This document shows, piece by piece, positions 37,823 to 48,112 of a DNA stretch of 64,000 nucleotides. Under the pieces are notes generated by a model. That model was not told where the DNA came from and did no database searches. It saw nothing but the letters and a program-made list of their open reading frames with translations. Source of the stretch: an uncultured Actinomycetes bacterium (GTDB lineage: Bacteria > Actinomycetota > UBA4738 > HRBIN12); NCBI GenBank assembly GCA_963704885.1, contig CAVPIB010000004.1:928001-992000 (forward strand). The letters run 5' to 3'. Made by a program: the position numbers and the translations under genes. Numbering within the stretch: the first letter of the stretch is position 1; each line of letters starts with the position of its first letter.

Positions 37823-39295
37823 GTGAAGGCCGGAGGGATCAACGAGCGACGGAACCGGATCGGCCTCCGGTGGATCGGCCTGGGGCTCTGGCTCGCGCTG
37901 CTCGCGGGCAGCGCCGTCCTGGCGCGTGCCGCCGGCGCCACCACGTCCGCGCTGCCGTTCGTTGCCGTCGCCGTGCTCGCGGTCCTCGGAGTGGTCGGGC
38001 TGGTCGCGTATGCGCGCCTGACGAGCGCGCCGCCGCAGCTGCGCACGCTGCGCGTGTTCGCGATCTTGCTGCCCACGCTGTTCATCATGTGCATCGAGGC
38101 GATCCTGCTGATCGTCGAGGCCGACGAGCTGTTCACGGAGGTGGGCGAGCACATCCTCGTGACGGCGGTCCTCTCGCTTTGCGCGATCCCGTTCTCGATC
38201 TGGATATTCCGGTCGTTCGCCGCGCTCCGTGACGAGCTCGCCCGTCGCGCCGCGCGGCTCGAGCGGCTCCATCGCGCATCGCTCACAGTGACCGGCGAAC
38301 CATCGGTGCCGCGGCTGCACGAGGCCATCGTGCGCGGTGCTCGCGACGTGGTCGCCGCCGATCGGGCCGTCCTGCTGCTCGCTGCCGGTGACGGCGAGGA
38401 GGGCCTGATGGCCGACCCGCCGGTCCCCGAGCCCGACGAGATCGACCTGGCCCTGCTCCGCTCGGCCGGGTCGGCGGCGTCCGACGGCGCCGACCGCTCG
38501 TACCTGACCACCCGCACCCGTGGGGGGGCGCCTCATGTCCTGCTCGTACGGCGGGCGGCCGGATCGCCGTTCGGCGCGGAGGAAGGGCTCGTCCTCGACA
38601 TGTTCGGTGTGGCGGCGGCCGCCGGCCTGGAAAACGCCCAGCGTCTGGAGGAGGCCCAGCAGTTGGCGACGGTCGAGGAGCGGGAGCGGATCGCGAGGGA
38701 TCTCCACGATGACCTCGGGCAGCTCCTCGGATACCTCACGACGAAGATCCAGGCCGCTCGCGAGTTGGTCGCGTCCGGCCGGTCGAGCGCGGCCGCGGAG
38801 GAGCTCGCCGGCCTGGAGGAGGCGACCCGCTCGTTGAGCGCCCAGGTGCGCGAGGCCATCCTGGGGCTGCGGACCTCCGTCGGACCGGACCGGCCCCTGG
38901 GGCAGGCGATCGAGGAATACACGGCGGAGTTCGGGATCCAGGCGGGCCTCCGCACGTCCTTCTCGGGTCCGGTGACCGCCGGTGGTTCCCTGGCCAGTCC
39001 CGCGCGGTATCAGGTGATGCGGATCGCCCAAGAGGCGATGTCCAACGCCCGCCGGCACGCAGCGGCCACGACGATGGCGGTCGCGCTCGACGAGCACGAC
39101 GGCGTATTCGAGCTGTCCGTGCGAGATGACGGCGCGGGATTCGACCCGACGACAGCGGCCCGCTCGGGACGGTTCGGCCTGATCACGATGGCCGAGCGTG
39201 CGCGGGCTGTGGGCGGGACCCTCGACGTTCGGTCGACCCTCGGCGAGGGGACGACCGTTGCCCTGTCGGTGCCGGTCAACCCGGTGGGAGCCTGA
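37823..39295 (+). CDS. Membrane sensor histidine kinase (HisKA_3, NarX/UhpB-like)
   Basis: 4 TM segments, GAF-like region, ERERIARDLHD, QEAMSNARRH, DDGAGF. Confidence 0.92.
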   Translation: MKAGGINERRNRIGLRWIGLGLWLALLAGSAVLARAAGATTSALPFVAVAVLAVLGVVGLVAYARLTSAPPQLRTLRVFAILLPTLFIMCIEAILLIVEADELFTEVGEHILVTAVLSLCAIPFSIWIFRSFAALRDELARRAARLERLHRASLTVTGEPSVPRLHEAIVRGARDVVAADRAVLLLAAGDGEEGLMADPPVPEPDEIDLALLRSAGSAASDGADRSYLTTRTRGGAPHVLLVRRAAGSPFGAEEGLVLDMFGVAAAAGLENAQRLEEAQQLATVEERERIARDLHDDLGQLLGYLTTKIQAARELVASGRSSAAAEELAGLEEATRSLSAQVREAILGLRTSVGPDRPLGQAIEEYTAEFGIQAGLRTSFSGPVTAGGSLASPARYQVMRIAQEAMSNARRHAAATTMAVALDEHDGVFELSVRDDGAGFDPTTAARSGRFGLITMAERARAVGGTLDVRSTLGEGTTVALSVPVNPVGA

Positions 39296-39297
39296 CC

Positions 39298-39960
39298 ATG
39301 CGGGTGCTGCTCGCCGACGATCACGAGCTCTTCCGCGAAGGACTCGTGAGCCTCCTGCGCACGCACGACATCGAGGTCGTGGGCCAGGCATCCGACGGCG
39401 CGGAGGCCGTGGCCCTCGCGCGCGCCCTCACACCCGACGCCGTCCTGATGGACCTGATGATGCCGGGGATGGGTGGACTCGAAGCCACCCGTCTGATCAA
39501 GGCAGAGCTCCCCGACATCAAGGTTGTGATCCTCACGGTGTCCGAGGCCGACGAGGACCTGTTCGAGGCGATCAGGAGCGGGGCGCACGGCTACCTCGTG
39601 AAGAGCACCCCTTCGAACGACTTCTTCGAGTTGCTGGAGGCGCTCGACCGGGGCGAGGCGCCGCTCTCCCGAGGGCTGGCGGTCAAGATCGTGCGGTACC
39701 TGGCGTCGGGCGGCGTCGGCGGCGCCGCCGCGTTGACCCCTCGAGAGGACGAGGTTCTCCGGCTCGTCGCGGAGGGGCGAACGAACCACGAGATCGCGAC
39801 GGAGCTCTCGGTGTCGGACGCCACGGTCAAGTTCCACATGTCCAACATCCTCAACAAGCTGCACCTGGAGAACCGGGCCCAGGCGGTCGCGTTCGCGCAT
39901 CGCCACGGGCTCACCCAGGAGCCGACCTCTCCGCCCGAGGACCCTGCCGCGGACCAGTAG
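39298..39960 (+). CDS. NarL/LuxR family response regulator
   Basis: [24 protein letters not shown]. Confidence 0.95.
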   Translation: MRVLLADDHELFREGLVSLLRTHDIEVVGQASDGAEAVALARALTPDAVLMDLMMPGMGGLEATRLIKAELPDIKVVILTVSEADEDLFEAIRSGAHGYLVKSTPSNDFFELLEALDRGEAPLSRGLAVKIVRYLASGGVGGAAALTPREDEVLRLVAEGRTNHEIATELSVSDATVKFHMSNILNKLHLENRAQAVAFAHRHGLTQEPTSPPEDPAADQ

Positions 39961-40068
39961 TCCTGCCCCTACCTAGCCGAAGGTCGAGGTCCTCCTCCCC
40001 CCGTCTGGAGCGACTGCGCGGGCCCTTCCGCCCTGAGGGGCAACCTGGCTCAGGCCTAGGGTCGAGCC

Positions 40069-40896
40069 ATGAACGAGCAGCTCGAACGAGACGCGACAAC
40101 GGGCGGCACGGCGGCGGAGACGAACGAAGGGGTCAGCCGCCGATCGTTCCTCGGGAAGGTCTTCATCGCGGCCAGCGCGGTGACGCTCGGGAGCAAGACC
40201 GTGGCGTTCGCCGACGACGTCATGGGGAACGACGACTCCGAGGACGCACCCCAGTGGGCGATGGTCATCGACCTCGCGCGCTGCGACGGCTGCAAGGAGT
40301 GCACGAAGGCCTGCCAGGAGACGCACTTCACCGGCGACCAGGAATGGATCAAGGTGTTCGAGGTCCAGGACGAGGCCGGGAACACGGTGTTCCTGCCACG
40401 CCCGTGCATGCAGTGCGAGAACGCCCCCTGCCTGAACGTCTGCCCCGTCGGCGCGACGTTCCGCAACGAGAGCGGCACCGTGCTCGTCGATCACGAGCTG
40501 TGCATCGGCTGCAGGTTCTGCATGGCGGCGTGCCCCTACGACGCCCGCTCGTTCAACTGGGGCGAGCCCGAGAACCCGCCCGGGGCCACTTTCGCGAAGT
40601 ACTCGCCCGAGTTCCCGGTCCCGCACCGCAAGGGCACCGTGGACAAGTGCATGTTCTGTGCCCACTACGCGATGAACGGACAGCTCCCGGCTTGCGCGAG
40701 CGCCTGCCCGATGAGCGCGATCTGGTTCGGTGACCTGAAGGCCGACGTCGCTACGAACGGACTCGAGACGGTCCAGCTGTCTTGGTTGCTGAGCGAGCGC
40801 AACGCCTACCGCTTGAAGGAAGAGCTCGGCACACGCCCGCGGGTCTGGTACCTGCCCGGTCACGGCGAGGACTCCAAGGTGGTGCTGCCGCAATGA
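40069..40896 (+). CDS. Tat-exported 4x[4Fe-4S] protein (NrfC/PsrB-like)
   Basis: SRRSFLG leader; CDGCKECTKAC, CMQCENAPCLNVCP, CIGCRFCMAACP, KCMFC...PACASACP; GTRPRVWY. Confidence 0.9.
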   Translation: MNEQLERDATTGGTAAETNEGVSRRSFLGKVFIAASAVTLGSKTVAFADDVMGNDDSEDAPQWAMVIDLARCDGCKECTKACQETHFTGDQEWIKVFEVQDEAGNTVFLPRPCMQCENAPCLNVCPVGATFRNESGTVLVDHELCIGCRFCMAACPYDARSFNWGEPENPPGATFAKYSPEFPVPHRKGTVDKCMFCAHYAMNGQLPACASACPMSAIWFGDLKADVATNGLETVQLSWLLSERNAYRLKEELGTRPRVWYLPGHGEDSKVVLPQ

Positions 40897-42341
40897 GCGC
40901 GACGGTCGACGACCGCCGAGCGCGCCTGCTCGAGCGCGCCGAAGCCCCGATCCGCCCGGGGGCTTGGGGCGTGCGAGGGCGACTCCTCGTGGTGGGGCTC
41001 GGCCTCGTGGTGGCGTGGGGCATCTTCGCGTGGATCTGGCAGGTCTCACACGGCCTGGCGGTCACCGGGCTGAACAACCACGTGAGCTGGGGTTTCTACC
41101 TCACCAACTTCGTGTTCTTCATCGGCATCAGCCACGCGGGGACGCTGATCTCCGCGATCCTCCGGCTGACCCACGCCGAGTGGCGCCGACCCATCACCCG
41201 GCTCGCGGAGATGATCACCGTCGTCGCGCTCGTGGTGGGCGCCACCATGGTCGTCGCCGACATGGGGCGCCCCGACCGTCTGCAGTTCGTTGTGACGCAC
41301 GCGCACCTACGGTCGCCGATCCTATGGGACGTCCTGTCGATCAGCACCTACATCGTCGGGAGCATCCTCTACCTGTACCTGCCGCTGGTACCCGACCTCG
41401 CGATCCTCCGCGACGGCGGCGTCGGCGGCAGGGTCCGTGGCTGGCTGTACTCGGGACTCGCGCTCCGCTGGCACGGCCTGTCCGAGCAGCGACGCCTGCT
41501 GCTCCGCGCGATCGCTGTCATGGCGGTCGTGATCGTGCCGGTCGCGGTCTCGGTCCACACGGTGGTCTCGTGGATCTTCGGGATGACGCTTCGTAACGGG
41601 TGGAACTCCACGATCTTCGGGCCCTACTTCGTGGTGGGCGCGATCTTCTCTGGGATCGCCGGGATCATCGTCGTGATGGCGATCTTCCGCCGGGCCTACC
41701 ACCTCGAGGAGTTCATCACCGAGATGCACTTCCGGTATCTCGGATCCCTCCTGTTGGTGCTGGGCATCCTGTACGCCTACTTCACGCTGTCGGAGTACGC
41801 GACCGTCGGGTTCAAGATGGAGGTCGGCGAGGCGACGCTCCTGTCGGCTTTGCTCGTCGGGCGGTTCGCCCCTTACTTCTGGTTCTTCGCGATCTTCGGC
41901 TTGATCGTGCCGATCGTCCTGCTCGCCCTGCCCCGCACACGCAAGGTCAAGTGGATAGTCACCGCCGCGGTGCTCGTGAACATGGGCATGTGGCTCAAGC
42001 GGTTCGTGATCGTGATCCCGTCGATGGCGCTCCCCTTGATGCCATACGAGTGGGGGACCTACCGCCCGACCTGGGTTGAGTGGTCGATCACGGTAGGCGC
42101 GTTCGCGGCCTTCGCCCTGGTGTTCGTCGATCTTCGCCCGGATCTTCCCGGTGATCTGGCGGCGTACGTGTACGACCCCACCCCCGTGGGCCTCCAGGCC
42201 TGGTGGGCGCGGAGCTACATGATCCTCGTCCCGTTCGTCGTGATCTGGACGATCTACCTGTTGCTCCTCTGGCTCGTGCTGCGGGTCAGGAGGGCGGGCG
42301 CAGCGGCGTCAGCGCCATCCGATATCGCCGCAACGAGTTGA
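40893..42341 (+). CDS. NrfD/PsrC/ActC family quinol-interacting membrane protein
   Basis: WGFYLTNFVFFIGISHAG, RLAE, DMGRPDR, SPILWD, HTVVSW, KRFVIVIP; the 3' end looks chimeric. Confidence 0.88.
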   Translation: MSATVDDRRARLLERAEAPIRPGAWGVRGRLLVVGLGLVVAWGIFAWIWQVSHGLAVTGLNNHVSWGFYLTNFVFFIGISHAGTLISAILRLTHAEWRRPITRLAEMITVVALVVGATMVVADMGRPDRLQFVVTHAHLRSPILWDVLSISTYIVGSILYLYLPLVPDLAILRDGGVGGRVRGWLYSGLALRWHGLSEQRRLLLRAIAVMAVVIVPVAVSVHTVVSWIFGMTLRNGWNSTIFGPYFVVGAIFSGIAGIIVVMAIFRRAYHLEEFITEMHFRYLGSLLLVLGILYAYFTLSEYATVGFKMEVGEATLLSALLVGRFAPYFWFFAIFGLIVPIVLLALPRTRKVKWIVTAAVLVNMGMWLKRFVIVIPSMALPLMPYEWGTYRPTWVEWSITVGAFAAFALVFVDLRPDLPGDLAAYVYDPTPVGLQAWWARSYMILVPFVVIWTIYLLLLWLVLRVRRAGAAASAPSDIAATS

Positions 42342-42351
42342 AGGAGGAACG

Positions 42352-42861
42352 ATGAGGAAGACGCAGCTCCTGCTGAGGGTGATGGCGACGGTCGCCGCGC
42401 TGACGCTGGTCCTGGCCGCATGCAGCTCGTCCGATGACGGCTCGTCCGCCGGGGCGACAAGCGCGACCGAGGCGCCCAGCCCGACCGAGGCGTCGACCCC
42501 GACGGCAGCCGAGGGCGCGGCCGTCACGGTCACCGTCGGCGAGACCGACGTGCAACACATGTACATGAACCTCGATCCAGGGACGGTCGCCGCAGGCACG
42601 GTGACGTTCACGGTCGTGAACGAAGGGGTCAAGAAGCACGAGTTCGTGATCCTGTCGACCGACGTGATGGCCGCCGACCTGACGGTCGAGGGTGACGAGG
42701 TCGTCGAGGACGACTACAACGCCATCGACGAGATCGGGGACCTGCCGGCCGGCGAGACCCTGACCCTGACCGTCGAGCTGCCTGCCGGTCACTACGCCCT
42801 GATCTGCAACCTCAAGGGGCACTTCCGGATGGGGATGTACGCGGACTTCACGGTCGAGTAG
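42352..42861 (+). CDS. Cupredoxin (blue copper) lipoprotein
   Basis: Lipobox LAAC, Ser/Thr/Pro linker, HEF...CNLKGHFRMGM; AAGGAGG RBS. Confidence 0.85.
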   Translation: MRKTQLLLRVMATVAALTLVLAACSSSDDGSSAGATSATEAPSPTEASTPTAAEGAAVTVTVGETDVQHMYMNLDPGTVAAGTVTFTVVNEGVKKHEFVILSTDVMAADLTVEGDEVVEDDYNAIDEIGDLPAGETLTLTVELPAGHYALICNLKGHFRMGMYADFTVE

Positions 42862-42881
42862 TTCCCACGTTCCGGATGCGA

Positions 42882-42905
42882 GAGGGCGGCCCGTCGGCCG
42901 CCCTC
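42882..42905. terminator. Probable bidirectional hairpin terminator
   Basis: GAGGGCGGCC-CGTC-GGCCGCCCTC between convergent genes. Confidence 0.6.
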
Positions 42906-42930
42906 ATCGTTCCCGCCACAGGCGGGGCCG

Positions 42931-43757
42931 CTAGGCCAAGGTCTCCTCGAGCGCGCGACGTACGAGGACCTTCGCCAGCTCGCGGCGGTACTCGGCGCTG
43001 CCGAACGAGTCCGACGGCGGGCTGGTGCCCTTCGTCCGCCCGACCTGCCGCGGTAGCCGGGTCCGAGCCGCCACCGAGTGCCTCCTCGACCCCGGCCGCG
43101 CGCAGCGGCGTCTCGCCCATGTTGGTGAGCGCCACGTGCGCGGCCCCGTTGGACCGAACCGCCGCCACTCCGACGAGCGCCCAGTCCTGCGCGCGACGGT
43201 GGAACTTGATGTAGCTCCACCCGGCGTCGTTCGTCACCGGAACCCGTACCTCGGTCAGCACCTCGTTCGCCGCAAGGTCCGGCGTGAAGAGGCCTTTGAA
43301 GAAGTCGCCGGCCGCCACGGTGCGCGAGGCGCCGCCGGCACCACGCACCACGAACTCCGCGCCAAGCGCGACCATGACGGTCGGCAGGTCGGAGGCAGGG
43401 TCCGCGTGCGCGATCGAACCGCCGATCGTTCCCATGTGCCGGACCTGCGGGTCACCGATCTCACTGGCCGTGTGAGCCACGATCGGGACACAGCTCCTGA
43501 AGCGCCTCGCTGTTCGCGACGTCGTGGTGACGGGTGAGCGCGCCTATCGCCACCATGTCCCCGTCCTGCTTGACGTAGGAAAGGTCGCCGACGCGGCCGA
43601 TGTCCACCAGCAGCGATGGTCTCGCCAAGCGGAACCTCATCAGCGGCAGCAGGGAATGCCCGCCGGCCAGGATCTTGGCGTCTTCGTTCGTGGACAGGAG
43701 CTCGATCGTGTGGTCGATGCTCTCGGCCCGCGCGTACTCGAACGATGCCGGGATCAT
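42931..43757 (-). pseudogene. Xanthine dehydrogenase family FAD subunit (CoxM-like), 2 apparent frameshifts
   Basis: [36 protein letters not shown] spread over different frames; may be sequencing error. Confidence 0.8.
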
Positions 43758-46116
43758 GCGCCACCTCCTTGCGCGTCCTTGATAGCTCGCCACACCCGCT
43801 CGGGCGAGGCGGGCTTGCCGATGTCCGTCACGCCCAGATGTGAGACGGCGTCGACCACGGCGTTGATCACGGCCGGGGGCGATGCGATCGTGCCGGCCTC
43901 ACCGATCTCCTTGACGCCCGAGAGGGTTGGTCGTGGACGGCGTGACAGTGCGGTCGAGCGTGAGGTCGGGCAGCTCGGTCGCACCCGGGACCAGGTATTG
44001 CGTCATGGAGCTGGTCGCCAGGTTGCCGCTCTCGTCGTAGATCGCCTCCTCGTAGAGAGCCTCGGCGATGCCCTGCGCCACGCCGCCGTGCACCTGCCCC
44101 TCCACGATCATCGGGTTGATCACGGTGCCGCAGTCGTCGACCGCCACGTAACGCAGGATGTCGGTCGCGCCGGTCTCGGTGTCGACCTCGACGACGCAGA
44201 CGTGCGCAGCCGGCGGGCCACGTGAAGTTCGGCGGATCGTAGACGGCCGTGGCCTCCAGGTTCGGCTCGTAGCCGGCCGGCAGGTTGTGCGCGTGCCATG
44301 ACGTGAGCGCCAGCTCGGGGATGGTCCTGGCCTTGTCCGGAGCGCCCTTCACGCGCCAGGCGTCGTCGGCGTACTCCAGGTCGTCCTCGGCCACCTCCAG
44401 CTCGTGCGCGGCCAGCACCCGCGCCTTCTCCTTGATCTTCTCTATGGCGAAGTGCAGCGCGACCCCGCCGACCGACAGCGAACGCGAACCGTACGTGTCC
44501 ATGCCGAGCGGGGTGAGCGCGGTGTCGCCGTGCATGACGTCGATGTCGTCGGGCGACACACCCAGCCCGTCGGCCACGATCTGCGACCAACTGGTCTCGT
44601 GACCCTGGCCGTGCGGCGACGTGCCCGTCGACACGACGATCTTGCCGGTCGGGCAGACAGCGGATGGTCGCCGCGTCCCAGCCACCGGCGGCGTATCGGA
44701 GCGCGCCCAGGATGTTCGAGGGCGCCAGGCCGCACATCTCGATGTAGGTCGAGAGCCCGATCCCGATCTGCATGGTGTCGCCGCTGTCTCGCCGGGCCTG
44801 CTGCTCCTTGCGGAACTGCTGGTAGTCGGCCAGCTCCAGCGCCCGGTCGAACGCCGGCTCGTAGTTGCCGGAGTCGACGCTCAGGCCGCAGATGGACGCG
44901 GTCGCCTCGTCGAACGGCGGGTGGAAGTTCATCCGGCGCACCTCGGCCGGGTCCTTGCCGATCCTCCGCGCGAACGCAGTCGACGAGCCGCTCGAGGACG
45001 TACGTGGCCTCCGGCCGACCGGCGCCGCGGTAGGCATCGGTCGGCGTGGCGTTCGTGAGCACGCCGCGGAACTCGAACCAGTACGCCTCGGGCTTGTAGG
45101 GACCCATGTAGACCCAGCCACCGAGCTCGGGGATGCCGGGCGTGAGCAGCTGGTAGTACGCGCCCATGTCCGCGATCTCCACGAACTTCAGTCCGAGGAT
45201 CTTGCCGTCGTCGGTGCCCGCGAGCGTGCAGTCGTGCGTCACGCCCTCGGCCGTGGATCGTGGCGACGTAGTTCTCGCTGCGTTCCTCGATCCACTTGAC
45301 CGGCCGGCCGGTGACCTTCGTGAGCACCAACGCCAGCGCTTCCTCCGCGTAGACGTTCAGCTTCGAGCCGAACCCGCCGCCCACGTCCGGCGCGATCACG
45401 CGGAGCTTCTCCTCGGGGATGCCGCACACGCCCGAGAGCGTGACCTTGGCGATGTGCGGGATCTGCGTGGCGGTCCAGAGCGTGAACTCGCCCATGGACG
45501 GTATGGAGGTGGCCAGGCAGCCGCGTGGCTCGATGGCGTTCGGGATCAGCCGTGGCTGGTGGTAGTGCTCCTGGACGATCACCGGCGCGGTCTCGAATAA
45601 CTCCTGGTCACCGGCCCCACCGTGGCTCCAGTGGACCGAGACGTTCGAGCCGAGCTCCTCGTGGATCAAAGGCGCGCCGTCGGCCATGGCGGCTTCGACG
45701 TCGATGACCGCCGGCAGCTCGGTGACGTCGACGTGACGGATCTCGGCCGCGTCCAGCGCCTGCTCGCGGGTCTCGGCCACCACGACCGCCACCGCGTCAC
45801 CGTGGAAGCGGATCTTGTCCTTGGTGAGGGGGTAGTGGTTCGGGATCTTGATGTCCTCGGTGATCGGCCAGACGAACGGCAGCCCTCCGACCTCCAGCTC
45901 GGCGGCCGTGTAGACACCGACCACGCCCGGCATCGTAGAAGCGGCGGAGGTGTCGATCGAGTTGATCGTGGCATGGACGTACGGCGGGCGAACCATGGCC
46001 ATCCACACCATCCCGGGGAGGGTGTGGTTGTCGATGTAGCTCGCCTGTCCGGTGAGGAGCTCGGGGTCCTCCTTGCGCAGGACCTCGCGCCCGATGTACT
46101 TCTCGGTGGTCGCCAT
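43754..46116 (-). pseudogene. Molybdopterin-binding large subunit (AYRGAGR type), about 5 apparent frameshifts
   Basis: RKEDPELLTG, DVGGGFGSK, AYRGAGRPE, HGQGHET, GQVHGG, IGEAG in successive frames. Confidence 0.82.
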
Positions 46117-46127
46117 GGCGCGCCCCC

Positions 46128-46604
46128 TCAGGCCTTCGCGCCGCTCATGGAGCCGGCGGCATCCAGGATCGACTTGACGATGTTCTGGTAGCCGGTGCAG
46201 CGACAGAGGTTGCCCTCCAACGCCTCCCGGACGTCTTCTTCCGTGGGCGTCGGGTTCTCCTTCAGGAAGCTGGCCGCCGCCATGAGCATGCCTGGCGTGC
46301 AATAGCCGCACTGGAGGCCGTGGTTGCGATGGAACGCGTCCTGCAGCGGGTGCATCTCGCCGTCGGAGGCCATGCCCTCGATCGTGTCGACGGACCGGCC
46401 GTCGGCCTGCGCCGCAAGCAACGTGCAGGACTTGACCGACTCGCCGTCCAGCAGAACGGTGCAGCTGCCGCACGACGAGGTGTCGCAACCCACGTTCGTA
46501 CCGGTGAGCCCGAGGGTCTCTCTGATGAAGTACACGAGGAGCGTGCGCGGCTCGACGTCGGCCTCGCGCTGAATCCCGTTCACGGTGACGGAGACGTTGG
46601 TCAC
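46128..46604 (-). CDS. 2Fe-2S small subunit (CoxS-like)
   Basis: [24 protein letters not shown]. Confidence 0.92.
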   Translation of the reverse strand: MTNVSVTVNGIQREADVEPRTLLVYFIRETLGLTGTNVGCDTSSCGSCTVLLDGESVKSCTLLAAQADGRSVDTIEGMASDGEMHPLQDAFHRNHGLQCGYCTPGMLMAAASFLKENPTPTEEDVREALEGNLCRCTGYQNIVKSILDAAGSMSGAKA

Positions 46605-46714
46605 TGGCGACTCCTTTCAGACCGGAGCTGTTGGGGCCGTTCGACAGTGCCGGAGTCTAGTCCTGTCCCTCACTCCGCGCGACCCGAGGAGTGCTCACGC
46701 CGTACCATCGGGGT

Positions 46715-47848
46715 ATGAGCGAGATCACCGACGTGCTCGAAGCCATCGAGTCGCTCTCGGCGAAGGGTGAACGGATGGCCCTGGCCACGATCGTGGCGGT
46801 CCGAGGCTCGACCTACCGGCGCCCCGGCGCCCGCCTGCTGGTCCCCGAGGACGGTGCCCCGATCGGCAACATCAGCGGCGGATGCCTGGAGGGCGACGTA
46901 GCGGACATGGCCAAGATAGTCATGGAGGAGGGCATCGCGCGACTGGCCGGCTGGGATCTCACGGCCGACGACGACGATGTCTGGGGCCTCGGTCTGGGGT
47001 GCAACGGGGCGATCGAGGTGTTCATCGAACCGGCCGACCGCGCCGCCGAGGTGGCCGGCGCGCTGCGGATGGCCCTGGAGGAGGAAAGGCCTATCAGTGT
47101 GGTGACCGTCCTCGAGTCCGCGATCGCAACCGTGGAGTCAGGTGCCCGGATCGTGGTCAAGCCCGATGGCACCGGCGAGGGAACGCTCGGCGACGATGCC
47201 GTGGACCAGGCGGCGACCGCGGCCGCGCTGGAGCAGCTCGCCGCCCAGAGCTCCGAGATCCGCACGATCCCCGGCGAGGTCCGCGCGTTCGTGGAGGTCC
47301 TGGAGCCGCCGCTCCGACTGCTGATATGCGGCGCGGGCCACGACGCGATCCCGCTGGTGAAGGCCGCCTCGATCCTGGGCTGGAACCCGATCGTGGTGGA
47401 CGACCGAGCCGGGTTCCTGACCCCCGAGCGATACCCCGAGGCCGCCGGGTTCGTCCACGTTGAGCAGCCGGACGAAGCAGCCAAGGCAGCGGCGGCCGAC
47501 GAGCGGACGTTCGTCACGGTGATGACGCACAACTTCCTGCGCGACAAGGAGTACCTCCGCTCGTTCCTGGGCTCCCCCGTCGCATACATCGGGATGCTGG
47601 GGCCGGCAGCGCGCACACAGCGGCTCTTCATGGAGCTAGCTGACGAGGGCGTGGTCATCACCGACGAGGACCGCGCACGTATCCATGGCCCAGCTGGGCT
47701 GGACCTGGGCAGTGAAGGACCGGAGGAGATCGCCGGCTCGATCGTGTCCGAGATCGTCGCGGTCCGACGCCGCCGGGCCGGTGGATTCCTGAAAGAAAGG
47801 CAGGGACCGATCCACGACCGCCCACGCCCAGGCGCCGAAGCGCGCTGA
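46715..47848 (+). CDS. XdhC/CoxI family Mo-cofactor chaperone
   Basis: GSTYRRPGA, SGGCLE, GLGCNG, GAGHDA, MTHN, PAGLDLG. Confidence 0.9.
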   Translation: MSEITDVLEAIESLSAKGERMALATIVAVRGSTYRRPGARLLVPEDGAPIGNISGGCLEGDVADMAKIVMEEGIARLAGWDLTADDDDVWGLGLGCNGAIEVFIEPADRAAEVAGALRMALEEERPISVVTVLESAIATVESGARIVVKPDGTGEGTLGDDAVDQAATAAALEQLAAQSSEIRTIPGEVRAFVEVLEPPLRLLICGAGHDAIPLVKAASILGWNPIVVDDRAGFLTPERYPEAAGFVHVEQPDEAAKAAAADERTFVTVMTHNFLRDKEYLRSFLGSPVAYIGMLGPAARTQRLFMELADEGVVITDEDRARIHGPAGLDLGSEGPEEIAGSIVSEIVAVRRRRAGGFLKERQGPIHDRPRPGAEAR

Positions 47849-47869
47849 ACCTCGGTGGGCGACCGACGC

Positions 47870-48112
47870 TCACACGTCGTCGCGCACGATGCGCACCACC
47901 ACCTCCGCAGTGGGGTGCCCGTTCGAGCGCCTGGACCTGAAGCTTCGAACGAGGATCGCGGTGAGCGCCGTGCTTCCGAGGATGACGCCCGCCACAGCCT
48001 TCAGCGACCGGACCGGGGCCGGGACGCGAGCCTCCAGCTCCCGCAGGTCGGTCTCGAGCTGACGGCGTGTCTCCTCGATCTCCTTCACCTTGCCATCTGC
48101 TGCTTGGCCCAT
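47870..48112 (-). CDS. Small hypothetical protein (DUF3618-like), downstream partner of the holin-like gene
   Basis: Coiled-coil EIEETRRQLETDL followed by a TM segment. Confidence 0.55.
   Translation of the reverse strand: MGQAADGKVKEIEETRRQLETDLRELEARVPAPVRSLKAVAGVILGSTALTAILVRSFRSRRSNGHPTAEVVVRIVRDDV

Noticed and set aside
40069-42341. Nitrite ammonification (Nrf) or polysulfide reductase
   Set aside because: No NrfA multiheme cytochrome or molybdopterin catalytic subunit is adjacent
43400-45300. Programmed ribosomal frameshifting in the molybdo-hydroxylase genes
   Set aside because: Too many breaks, no slippery heptamers noticed, and scattered over several genes; more consistent with sequencing indels
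43754-46116. Second large subunit as a true CO dehydrogenase
   Set aside because: It has AYRGAGR rather than AYXCSFR, and S-L-M gene order
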